Below are positions 10,574 to 23,000 of a stretch of 64,000 nt of DNA, one piece after another. Both the position numbers and the translations under genes were made by a program. The DNA comes from an uncultured Thermoleophilia bacterium (GTDB taxonomy: Bacteria; Actinomycetota; Thermoleophilia; Gaiellales; Gaiellaceae): the NCBI GenBank assembly GCA_963799895.1, contig CAWCYR010000019.1:31608-95607 (forward strand). Reading direction: 5' to 3'. The stretch's first letter is position 1. Every line of letters starts with the position of its first letter. The notes below the pieces were generated by a model. It made no database searches, was not told where the DNA came from, and saw nothing but the letters and a program-made list of their open reading frames with translations.

Positions 10574-13500
10574 AATGGGGTCCAAACGTCTGATGGCCAG
10601 GACGTTCATGTGAGCGTGCGCGCCGGTGCGGCCCGGCGTCTCGCCATGCACTGTTGGCGGTGACGCGGCGCTTCGTGTCGCGGCACCCGCTGCGCACGCC
10701 GGAACACAGTGGTTCGAGGATGCCGCGACGGCGTCGTCGACCAGAACACCGCGACGATCCGCCAGCCGGCGCAGACTCCAGGGTGTTACGTCCGTCGTCA
10801 GCAACGGCGTCAACAGTCCCGCGAAGTACCACTATGACTTCACCGATCCGCATCCCGTCCTGGGCGACCCGCGGACGACGAGCGGCCAGGGCGACTTCAC
10901 AGTTCGAGACGACCGCAAACGCCACCGGCGCGGTCGCGCTCGACTGGAACTACGTCGGCTTCAGCGCGTTCGCGGGGTGCAACGTCAAGCTCGATGGTTC
11001 GTCGAGTACGGCAGCGAACGTCAGACCACAATCTCGTCACGCGCGGGCCGACAGCTGCTGCACGTCGCCGTCCAACGGCTTCCACTATTCGGCCGGTTGA
11101 TACTCGAACTCCAAGCCGGCGACCACTACGGCTTCACACATTCACCGACAACGGTGACGCGAACTCGACGCTCACGGGGACGCTGTCGATGGCGTACGTC
11201 GTCGACAAGACCGCCGACACGACCGGAGGCGCATGCGATGCGAAGCGTCCGAACGACTGCAGCCTGCGAAGCGCGATCGAAAGGCGAACGCATCGCAGTA
11301 CAACGGACAGGATCGTCTTCGACATCCCCGGTCCGCCGCCGTCGCCCACGGGCGACTGGCCGATCCAGGTGGGTTCCGTCGACGGTACGGGGCTTCCCCC
11401 GATCACCGATCCGGTCAGCATCGACGGGACGACGCAGCCAGGCTGGCTCGGCCCACCGGTCATCCGGGTCGACAACGCTGCGACGACCACGCCGTCGAAC
11501 GGCCTCGAACTGGATGCCGGCGCGGCCGGCACCGCCCTCCACGGGACGGGTAGCACCATCACTGCGCTCGCACTCACCCGCTTCGGGTCGCCGTTCAAGT
11601 CCGGAATCCTGATCGGCGCCGACTACGCGACGATCACAGGCAGCTACGTCGGCACCGACAACAACGGCGACGATCTGCTCGGCAACGCCACCGGCATCAC
11701 CGTCGACGCCTCGAACGTGACGGTCGGCGGGACGACACAGTCCGACCGTAACGTCGTGTCGGGGAATCACACCGCCGGGATCGAGTTGGCCGGCGGGAGC
11801 GGAATCGTCCTCGCGGGGAACTACGTCGGCTCAGGGCCGGGCGGGCTCACCGGCCTCACGAACGACGGTGACGGGATCCGGGTCGACGCCGGCGTCTCGA
11901 GCTCGACCATCGGTGGCGACAACAGCGGCATCGGCTCCGGCACCTGCGATGGAGCCTGCAACCTCGTCGGCGCGAATGACGGGGCGGGCATCTCGATGAC
12001 GTCCGCGACCGGCATCAACGTCAGCGGCAACTTCATCGGCGTCGAGCTCAACGGCACCACGCCGCTCGCGAACTTCGTCGGCGGCATCGTCGTCTCACAG
12101 GGGACGGCGTCCATCGGCGGCACGACGGCGGCCACGGGCAACCTCGTCTCCGGAAACGGCGGCGACGGCATCGCCGTCGTCGACAGCGGCCCAGGCGGTC
12201 CGTATACCCCGGGCGCGTTCGTCATCCAGGGAAACATCGTCGGCATGGACGCCACCGCCGAGCACACGTTGGCCAATCAGGGCAACGGCATCCATGCGAG
12301 CGGCACGAGCCAGGTGCAGATCGGGGGGTCCACATCAGGGGCGGGCAACAACGTCTCGTCGAACTATCTTGACGGCATCCTCGTCGACAACCAGAGCAGC
12401 GCCGCGAGGATCGAGGGCAACGTCGTCGGCGAGGACGCGACTGGCTTCTACGCGTTCGGCAACGGCACGAACCCGACCCCCGGCAGCTACTCGGGCATCC
12501 ACATCCTCGGCGCGTCGAATACGACGATCGGTGGGTCCACCGGGACGACGCCAGGGGGTGCCTGCACGGGCGCCTGCAACGTCCTCGCCGGGAACTCCAC
12601 CGGCATCGAGATCGAGAATCAGGGGGGGAATCTGTCGAGCCACGCGACGCTGCTCGGCAACTACGTCGGACTGACCAGGGACGGGACGCAGGGGCTCGTG
12701 AACGGCAATGGCGTGGACATCAACTCCGACCACGCGACGGTCGGCGGAACGGATCCGAACCAGCGGAACGTGATCTCCTCCGCGGGTAGCTACGGGCTGG
12801 TGGTGAACGCGGCGGCCGACACGACGACGATTGCGGGCAACTATGTCGGCACCGACGCGGCGGGCACCCACGATCTCGGCAGCAGCGCCTCCGGGGTCTT
12901 CCTGCCCGGAGGCTCGACGAACACGATGATCGGCGGCCCGGCGGCGGGCGCCGGCAACGTGATCTCCGGGAACAACGGCGCCGGCATCGATTGCGACTCG
13001 GGCGGTACGACGATCCAGGCCAACACCATCGGCCTCGCCGGCGACGGCGAGACGGCGCTCGGGAACGGCGGCTACGGGATCTTCAACAGCAACAACACGA
13101 GCGGAAACACCATCGCCGCCAACGTCATAGCGGCGAACGGCTCCTACGGCATCTCCATGGGCAGTGCCGGCAACACGGTGCAGGGCAACTTCATCGGCAC
13201 CAACTCGGTGGGTGCGCCAGGGCTTGGAAACGGCGACGGCATCTTCCTCGTCGGCGACGGCAACACGATCGGCGGTACGACGGCGGCCGCCCGCAACGTC
13301 ATCTCGGGGAATCACAACGACGGGATCGTCCTGGCCGCCAGCAACAACACGATCCAGGGCAACTACATCGGGATCACGCCGGACGGCGCGAGCACGCTCG
13401 GAAACGGGCTGTACGGCATCGAGGCCACCAGCTCCGGGACCGCCGGCAACGTCATCGGCGGCAGCTCTGTCATCGGCGGCGCGGCCGGGCCGCGCAACGT

Positions 13501-16500
13501 CATCTCCGGCAACGCGCAGGCCGGCATCACCGTCCAGGGCGGGGCCGGTGCCCAGACGATCCAGGGCAACTACATCGGCACGAACGCGGCCGGCGACACG
13601 GCGATCGGAAACGCCAAGGGCGTGACGCTCTACCAGCCGATGACGCTCGGCGGCTCCAACGCAGGCGAGGGCAATCTGATCTCGGGTAACCGGGATGCGC
13701 AGGTAGAGCTCAACGCAGCGGACACGGTGGCCGGAAACGTCATCGGGCTGGACGCGGCCGGTACCGGCAACCTGAACCAGACCTACGGGGGCTCCAAGGC
13801 GGACGCCGGGGTGGACGTCTTCGCCCCGGGTGCGGTCATCGGCGGCGGGGGCGGTGCCCACAACGTCATCTCCGGCGCCGGCATCAACGTCTGGATCGAG
13901 TCGCCCGCGACGAACGCCACCGTCAAGAACAACTACATCGGCACGAACGTGTCCGGCACCGCTGGCGTCGTCAGCCCGCAGGTCATCCAGAGAGTCATCG
14001 TCGAGGCGAGCAACGCCATGATCGGCGGCCCGACGAGCGGCGACCGCAACGTCATCTCGGGGTCGGATTTCGGCGGCGTCACGGTCGACGCTGCCGCGGG
14101 GACGTCCGTGTTCAACAACTACATCGGTACCGACAAGACCGGCACCGTGAAGATCGGCAACTACGAGGGCGTCATCGTCACGTCCGGGAGCACCAACACG
14201 CACATCGGCGGCGGGCCGTCGGAGGGGAATCTCATCTCCGGCAACACGTGGGGCATCTACATCGACGGCGGCTCCACCGGCACCGTCGTCGACGACAACG
14301 CGATCGGCCCTGAGGCGAGCGGCGGCTCGGGCATCGGCAACGGCGTCGGGGTCGACGTCCGGGATACGAGCACCGTGACCGTTGATGCCTCGTCAAGAAC
14401 ACGATCGCCTGCACAGTGCCGCCGGCATCGCGATCCGAACAGCGGACGCGGCACGACATACCGCCGAACATCATCGACGGCAACACGGGCTCGGCATCGA
14501 ATGGACCAGAACGGCGTGACGGCGAACGACTCCGGTGAAGACGGCTACCAGAACTTCCCGGGTCGAGCACGTCGGCGGCAACACCGCGTCGTCAAGGGAC
14601 GCTCGACACGAGGCGAACGGCGGCACGTACCGATCGACATCTTCCCTCGACCTCCTGTGACCGGTCACGGCACGGCGAGGGGCGGACCACCTGGTCGGCG
14701 ACGAGAACGTCGACGGCTGGACCGGCTCGTAGACGTACAGGGAAACCAACAATCGTCGCCCCGGGCCAGGTCACGGGGACCGCGGCCGGCGCAAACGGCC
14801 GGCGACACGTCGGAGTTCTCGAACTGCACCCAGGTCGCCTCGGCCGGGCCGCAGACGTTACGCGTCGACCGTGTCAGACGAGCGGCGGAGCCCGCCTGCA
14901 CCGCGGCCCGAACGACTGCACCTGCGGAGCGCGATCAGAAGGCGAACGCGAGCCCGGCACAACGACACGATTGCGTTCGGCGTGCCGGCGCGCGACCATC
15001 CGGTGACCTCCCGCTGCCGACATCACTGATCCGGTCACGATCGATGGCTCGACACAGCCTGGATACGCGGGGTCCCGCTGTCCGGTCGAGGCCCGACCGC
15101 GGGCTCGGCGCCAACGGCCTCTATGTCACCGGCAACAGCACGGTCCAAGGCCTGTCGATCACCGGCTTCGGGTTCGACGGCATCCGGCTCGAGACCGGCG
15201 GCGGGAACCTCGTCGCCGGAACTGGATCGGCGTCGTCTCGGCGGCGGCGCGGCCGGAAACGGGGCTACGGCGTCGAGATTCGCAGCGGGTCGGCAAACAA
15301 CATGATCGGCGGCGCCGGCACGGACGCAACGTCATCTCAGCGAACGGCCACACGGGCCACCGTACTCCGGCGTCGGCGTGTTCGGGCCCGGTGTGACTGG
15401 CAACGTGATCAAGGGCAATCTCATCGGCACCGACGACGCGGGTCGGCCGCGGCAGACTTCGGCAACGGCTTCGCCGGCGTCCTCCTTCGCGAGGCGAGCG
15501 AAACTCGGCGGAACCGGCGTCGGCAACGTGATCTCCGGCAACGCGAATGCCGGCGTCTACCTGGACACGAGACCAACGACAGCGTGCTCGGCAACCGGAT
15601 CGGCACGGACGCACGGGAACGCGGCGCTCGGGAACGGCAGCGACGGGATCGCCCTCACGGGGGGCCCGGCAACAAGATCGGCGGGACGACCGCCGGTGAG
15701 CGGAACGTAGTTTCCGGAAACGGTGGCTACGGCGTCCAGAGCCTCGGCACGAACGGCACCGCCGTCCAGGGCAACTACATCGGCACGAACGCGGCCGGCA
15801 CCGCCGCGCTCGGCAACGGCGTTTCCGGCGGCGCGACAGCGGCAGCAACAACCTGCGCGTCGGCGGCATTGTCGGCACGACGCCGGGCGGGTCGTGCACC
15901 GGCCAGTGCAACGTCTTGTCGGGGAATCGCGCCGGCATCGAGTTCGAGTTCGAGACGAGCGGCTCCGCAGGGCAACTTCGTCGGCGTCGGCGCCGACGGC
16001 TCGCCGCGATCCCGAACCACATTCCGGTCACGGGTCAGGGCATCGGCATCTCGCTGCTCCAGTCGCCCGGAACCCGCATCGGCGGCGCAACCTCGGCGGC
16101 TCGGAATGTCGTCGGCAATAACGACGAGGGCATCCTCGTCTTCGACAGCTCCGACAGCAGCGTCATCCAGGGCAACTACGTCGGCCTCGGAACCGACGGC
16201 AACACCGGCGAGGGCAACACGGGGACCGGTCTCAACGGGAGCGGCGTCGACGTCTCGACAGCAACAACGTCCAGATCGGCGGCACCACGGCGCCCGAAGG
16301 CAACGTCATCTCGGGCAACGCCCAGAACGGCATCGACATCAAGGGCACGACGGCGACCAAGATCCAGGGCAACCGCGTCGGGACGAACGCGGCCGGCACA
16401 CTGGCGCGACCGAACGGCAGGACGGAATCCGCGTGAGGACGACGCACGAGCGTCCACACGACGATCGGCGGCAGCGGCGCGAACGGGACAGCGTCGCGCC

Positions 16501-17030
16501 CGGCAACGTCGTCTCGGGCAACACCGGCTGGGGCGATCAACGTCGACGGACGGGACTCGGACGACGATCCAGGGCAACCTCGTCGGCACGAACGCGGCCG
16601 GAACCATCGCCGTTCCGAACGGGGCGAGGGCTGATCCTCCGAGAACGGCGACCAGCTCGGCGGCACCGCGGCCGGTGCCGGCAACGTGATCTCGGGCAAC
16701 CGCGGCCGGGGTGCAGGTCGCGGGCGCGAATGTCGTCGTCCAGGGCAACACTGGCAGAGTCGGCGGGACGGCTGGGTCCAACGGCACGACGGCGATCGGG
16801 TGAACCCAACGACGGCAACGGCGTGCGCCGGTCGGCAATCGCTTCGGGGAACCCTGAACGACGTCGAGCGTCGACCATACGGCGGCCCGGAAGGCAACCT
16901 TGACCGGCGCGGGCGCCAACACGATCGCGAACAACAGCAAGGGCGTCCTGCGCGATTCAACAGTGCACGTCGGAGGCACGTCGTCGCCCACGAACACGAG
17001 CGAGTGGCGTGCTCACGCGCGCCGACAATC
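10574..17030 (+). pseudogene. N-terminal half of a giant secreted protein locus: two CSLREA-type parallel beta-helix modules, reading frame repeatedly broken
   Basis: Possible start at ATG 10574 (MGSKRLMARTF), followed by frame changes to ~11150. A largely intact frame runs 11150-14385 (ORF 10994..16903). It carries NDCSLRSAI at ~11251-11280 and dozens of NxISGNxxxGI / GNxIGT beta-helix rungs. From ~14385 to ~17030 recognisable rungs hop between all three frames; examples are GVFGPGVTGNVIKGNLIGTDDAG, GGTGVGNVISGNANAGVYLDT and GNKIGGTTAGERNVVSGNGGYGVQS. A second NDCTLRSAI motif is at ~14911-14937. Confidence 0.6.
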
Positions 17031-20000
17031 CAGCGCAACTCGATCTACGGCAATTCCGGGCTCGGCATCGACCTCGGCGATGACGGAATCACCGCGAACG
17101 ACGCCGGCGACGGCGACTCGGGCGCGAGCAACCTGCAGAACTACCCGGTCCTCACGCTGGCGCAGCCGGTCTCGGGCAACGCCACGCAGGTGATCGGGTC
17201 GCTCGACAGCGCGCCGAACACGAGCTACCGCATCGATTTCTACGACAACGCCGCCTGCCCGGCCGGCAACGGCCAGGGGAAGACGTGGATCGGCTGGGCG
17301 CAGCAGTCGACCGACGCCAACGGCCACCTGGACATCGACACCGGCACCGGGCTCACCGCGGGCGGCGTGAGCGTCGGCGACGCGATCACGGCAACGGCCA
17401 CCGACCCGAGCGGCAACACGTCGGAGTTCTCGGGCTGCCAGACGGTCTCGTCGCCGGCCGGCCTCTCGAACGTCAACTTCACAGGGACTGCGGCCGTCGA
17501 CGCCGGCGCGCAGACGGTGCCGACTGGGAGCATCGACCTGTCCGCGCTCTCGCAGGGCAACGGCACGACGAGCGGCACCGCGCTCGGCGGCATCCCGATC
17601 GAGAGGATGGCGCTCGGCGGCATCGCGCTCGGCGGCATCGCACTGGGCGGGATCGGCATCACACCGCAGCTGTTGAACAGCACGCTCGGCGGCGTGCACC
17701 TCGCCGACATCCCGCTGAACCAGACGGGTGGTTGGCCGGCATACCTTGCGAGCGTCCCCGCGCTGGCGCCGCTCGCCGGCCGCCCGCTCGACAGCGTGAC
17801 GCTCAGCGATGTGCTCACGCTCAACCCGGCGTCGGCGAGCTCTGTGCACATCGGCGACGTCGACCTGAGCCACACGGCGCTCGGCGGGATCGCCCTCGGC
17901 GGGATCGCGCTCGGACCGCTGACGCTCAGCCAGATCCCGCTCCGGACCGGGGCGACCACCGCGGCGCAGAACGCCGCCGACTGGTGCGCAGCAATCAGGA
18001 GCGTCCCCGGGTTCACGTGCAGCCCGTCGGACGGGACGGCAATTGCCAATGACACGCTCATCACCTGGGCGCTGCGCGGCCTGCCGCTGGATCAGATCCA
18101 GCTGCCGAACGGCCAGACCGGCCTCGACGGCGCGCCGCTCGCCGGTCACACCAGCACCGGCACGACCGCGGGCGTCGCGCTGGGAGGGATCGCCCTGGGC
18201 GGGATCGCGCTCGGCGGCATCGACCTGCACGGCACCGCGCTCGGCGGCATCGCGCTGGGTGGCATCGCGCTGGGCGGCATTGGCACGCAGGGCACGGCGC
18301 TGGGCGGCATCGCGCTGGGCGGCATCCATCTGCCTCAGAGCAGTCTTCAGGGCACCGCGCTCGGCGGGATCGCCCTCGGCGGCATCAACTTCCAGAGCAC
18401 CGCGCTCGGCGGGATCGCGCTCGGCGGGATCGCGCTCGGCGGCATCAACCTCCAGAGCTCGGCGCTCGGCGGGATCGCGCTCGGCGGGATCGCCCCGGGC
18501 GTTCTCAGCCAGCTCGTCGACTGCTCGAACAACTACTGCGCCGATACGTCCAAGACGCTCGCCCAGGTGCAGCGTGACAACAAGTTCAAGGCCGGCTCGA
18601 CGCTTGCGCTGCTCGTCAACGGCCTGCCGACGGCGACGCTGAACCAGTTCAAGCTCCAGGATCTCGGGACGTACAACGGCGTGACGATCGCCCAGCTGAT
18701 CGCCGCCCTGGTCAACCCGAACTCGCTGAATCTCGCCGACCTCGTCGCCTCGCTGCAGAACGCGGGCCTCACGCTCAACGACCTGCTCGCCGTCTTGCCT
18801 CCTGGCTTCACGCTGCACGACCTCTTCGCGGCGATCCTCGGCCGCGCGGGCTACGACTGGAGCAATCTCGACCTCTCGACCTTCCCGCTCGCGAAGTACG
18901 CGACGTCGGGCGGCGACATCACGTACACGTCGACCTTCACGGCGACGGGCGGCAGTGGGCAGCGGGCAGTCACGGTCACGGCCGCGCTGCCCACGGGCGG
19001 GATCTACGTCGCCGGATCCGGCCAGATCACACCCGGGGTGCCGGGCAATGCGATCACGCCTCAAATCGGCGCGACGGCGCTGACGTTCAACCCGACTGTC
19101 ACGATCGGGACGCCGTACACACTGACGTGGCACGTGCGCGCCCCGCTGAACCTCGGGACGTACTCCGTGCAGGCAAACGTCATCACGGCCGGCATGGCGT
19201 CGCCGACCATGAACACGGTTTCGACGATCGTCGGCCAGACGTTCGACAGCACCCCGTTGACGCCGGCGGACGACCAGAACAACGATCCGAACAATCCGCC
19301 GCAGATCGCGCCCGGCACGCTGACGATCTCGCAGCTTCTGCGCGGCGACACGGACTACTACAAGGTGCCCATCGGGACGTTCGGGTCGCGCACGGTGATC
19401 ACCCTCAGCCACGTCCCGGCCGGGTCGGACTACGACCTGACGGTCGGCGGCCCGCCGGCCCCACGCCTGCGCGGCGCCGCGCTCGGCGGGATCCCGCTGA
19501 CGAACACTCAGCTGCCCGACCAGCAGCCGGATCTCAACCAGCAGTCGCAGCCGCTGCCGCCCGAGACGCTGCAGGACGTCCCGTCGAGCCCGCTCACGGC
19601 GAACGGCAACGTCATCCGCGGCCAGTCGGACAACCGGGGCAACGCGGACGAGCAGATCACGCTCATCTCGGAGGGCGAGGCCGGCTTCTACACGATCCAG
19701 GTCTCGAACTACGCCGGCACGGATGCGAACCAGCCGTACGTGCTCGAGGTCGAGCAGAGCGCGCCGCCGAACCTCGGCGTCTGCACGCCGCGCACGATCG
19801 CGAACACCAACGGGACGGCGCCCGCCCCCACGCCGGCGCTGAGCGCGAACACCAACACCTTGTTCCTGGTCGACGAGGCGCGGCTTCGCTCGACACCGGG
19901 GTTCGCCGCCGCCGACGTCAATACCCTGATGAGCAAGCTGTCGGCACTCGCCGGCCGCAGCGACCTCGGCGTTACCGGCTCCGTCGTCCACGTCGAGGCA

Positions 20001-23000
20001 AACAGCACCGTCGTCTCGGCGTACAACAACTGGGATCAGCTGCCGTGCAACCCGCAGCGGGCGAACGACGTCGTGCGTGCGATCGGCAGCTACCTCGACA
20101 CGCTGCAGGCGACGGCCCCGAACGTGAAGTACATCGTCCTGGTGGGCGGTGACGACATCATCCCGTTCGCGCGCGTCCCCGACGAGACGCAGATCGCGAA
20201 CGAGATCGGCTACGCCGACCAGCTCGGGACGACCAACAACGAGTACCGCGGGTCGACCGGCCAGGGCTTCCTGCTCACCGACGACGTCTGGACCGACAAG
20301 GGTGCACCCGACTTCCTCGGGCATGAGCTCTTCGTCCCCGAGCTCGCCTCCGGCCGCCTGGTCGAGAAGCCGGCAGACATGTCGAAGACGATCGACGCCT
20401 TCACGAGCGCCAACGGGCTGATGACGCCGGCCGCCTCGCTCGTGTCGGGCTACGACTTCCTGAGCGACGGCGCCACGACCGTCAACGCGCCGTTCGCGAC
20501 GGCCTTCGGCGCCAACGCGAAGACGCTGATCAACAACACCTGGACGAACACCCAGCTGCTCGCCGGGATGTTCCCGACGTCGGGCACGGCGCCGAACATG
20601 CTGTCGATCAACGCGCACTTCGACCATCACCGCCTGCTCCCCGCGAACGAGAACGCCGCAGGCACCCAGACAAACCTGGTGACCACGACCGACATCACGT
20701 CGCGCGGCGTGAACGCGATGGCGGGCAAGCTCGGCTTCTCGATGGGCTGCCACTCCGGCCTCGTCGTCTCGGACGCGATCTTCAGCGCACAGCCGATCCT
20801 CGCCTCTGACTGGGGTCAGGCGATGCTGGGCACCGGCGCGTTCGGCTGGATCGGCAATACCGGCTACGGACTGGGCGACACCGTCGACGTCGCCTACTCC
20901 GAGCGGCTCAGCGCCATCTTCGCGGGCAAGCTCGACGGCTCGCTGACCGTCGGCCAGGCCGTCGCCGCAGCCAAGCAGGACTACATCAGCACGCTTGGCG
21001 TGATCAGCCCGTACGACGCCAAGGTCGTCAACGAGTGGAACCTCTACGGCCTGCCGATGCTTCGGCTCGGGTCCGGCATCCCGCCGGCGCCGCCGCCGCC
21101 GCCGCCGCTCCACACCGACCCGGCCACGAACCTGCAGGCAACGTCGTTCGACGTCTCGCCGGCGTTCACGCCGGTGACGATCGCGGGCGTCGGCAAGTAC
21201 TACAAGGCCGACAACGGCATCCAGTCGACGCCGCGGCGCCCGCTCGAGCCGCTCGTCTCGCTCGACGTCACCGAACCCACGAGTGTCGGGGTCGCGCACG
21301 GCGCGTTCCTGCGGCTGCTGAACTCGCCGGTCAACGACGAAACGCCGTTCACCGGAGTGTTCAGCCAGGTCGTCACCGACACGTCGGCGGACCAGGCCAA
21401 CCTGACCGGTGTGACGGCGTTCCCGAGCAAGCCGCAGAGCATCTCGACCTTCACGGGCATCACGGGCCAGCGGCAGCGGCTCAACCTGATCGTCGGCCTC
21501 TTCCGCTCGAGCGGCCCGATCTTCGGCGTCAACGGCGTGCAGCGGAAATACTCAAGGCTCTCGGGCGATGTCCTGTACTCGAGCTCGTCCGACTGGACGC
21601 CGCCGACGCTCGGAGAGCTCCAGGCGGTCAGCGTTCCGAACACAAGCCCGGCGACCGTCGGCTTCGCCATCGACGCAAGCGACCAGGCGCCCGGCATCGT
21701 CAAGGCCGTCAACGTCCTCTATCGCGACTGCGCCGGTACCTGGAGGACCGTCGACCTGTCGAACGCCAGCGGAACGCGCTGGACGGGCGCGGGCCAGGTC
21801 GGGGCCGGCTGCACCAACATCGACTACTACGTGCAGGCCGCCGACAACGCCGGCAACGTCGCCGTGTCGAGCAAGAAGGTCCAGTTCGAGCCGGTTGCCG
21901 TTCCGGCATCGTCCGGGAACCTGAGCGGCGGCGCCAGCGGCGCCACGCTCCAGAACGGCTGGTACAAGGGCGCCGTCAACGTCACCCTGACGCTCACCGG
22001 CGGAAGCTCGCCGCTTCAGTACAGCCTCGACGGGGCGGAGTTCAAGGACTACACCGGCGCGATCCCGGTGAGCACCGACGGGCTTCACACGGTCGACGGA
22101 AAGACGAAGGATGGCTCAGCAACGACGCAGGTCGTCTTCGGCATCGACACGAAGGCGCCGATCATCACCGTCAACGCGCCGGGGAACGGCGCGACGTACT
22201 CCGTGGGACAGCAGGTCAACATCGACTACTACTGCAGCGACTCCGGTTCCGGGATCGCCAGCGGCTGCACCAGCACGCCGGCGAAGGGCGCGCTGCTCAA
22301 CACGAGCACGCCCGGCACGTTCACGTTCAAGGTCAACGCGGCGGTCGACCAGGTCGGCAACAGCTCCGGCGACAAGACGGTCACCTACACGGTCGGCTAC
22401 CGGAAGGTTCTGTTCACCTCGACGCGCACCGGCAACGGCGATGTCTACTCGATGAACCTCGACGGCTCCGGCGTTACCCAGTTGACGAACAGCCCTGCGA
22501 TCGACGCCTTGCCGGAGTACTCACCCGACGGCCAGCGGATCATCTTCACGAGCAGCCGGACGGGCAACGGCGACATCTATGCGATGAACACCGACGGTAC
22601 CGGGCTCGTTCAGCTGACGAACTCGAACGGCGTCGAGGCGCTCGGCGAGTACTCGCCCGACGGCAAGAAGATCGTGTACACGAGCACGGTCCCCGGCAAC
22701 GTCGAGATCTACGTGATGAATGCCGACGGCACGAATCAGACGCGGCTCACGAACAACCCGGCGATCGACGCCGACCCGAGCTGGTCGCCGAACGGCAAGC
22801 AGATCGTGTTCGCCAGCAACCGCGTCGCGTCGAACAACTACGAGCTCTACGTCATGAATGCCGACGGCACCGGGACACCGACGCGGCTCACGAACTCCGC
22901 CGGCTTCGACGGTGAGCCGGAGTGGTCGGCCGCGAACAACAAGATCGCGTTCACGAGTGCCCGCAACGGCAACAACGACATCTACGTCGTCAACCCGGAC

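Noticed and set aside
12335-14203. 622-aa minus-strand ORF opposite beta-helix module A
   Set aside because: Same reasoning: the content is a mirror image of the GNxIG repeats (DVV/RRA/ADD repeats), with no start context and no motifs.
14385-17030. Diversity-generating retroelement or programmed hypervariation as an explanation for the scrambled module
   Set aside because: The differences are indels rather than adenine-directed substitutions. There is no reverse transcriptase and no template-repeat/variable-repeat pair, and similar frame changes occur in unrelated genes elsewhere in the window.
17580-18494. Regular short repeats considered as a possible CRISPR array
   Set aside because: The period is 15 nt with no unique spacers, the units are in-frame codons for ALGGI inside a long ORF, and no cas genes are present.
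17013-21299. 1428-aa ORF on the minus strand, antisense to the giant gene
   Set aside because: The translation is Arg/Asp/Gly/Pro-rich low-complexity sequence (RRRRR runs, no recognisable motifs). It lies entirely opposite a well-supported coding frame. It is a typical open antisense frame of high-GC DNA.
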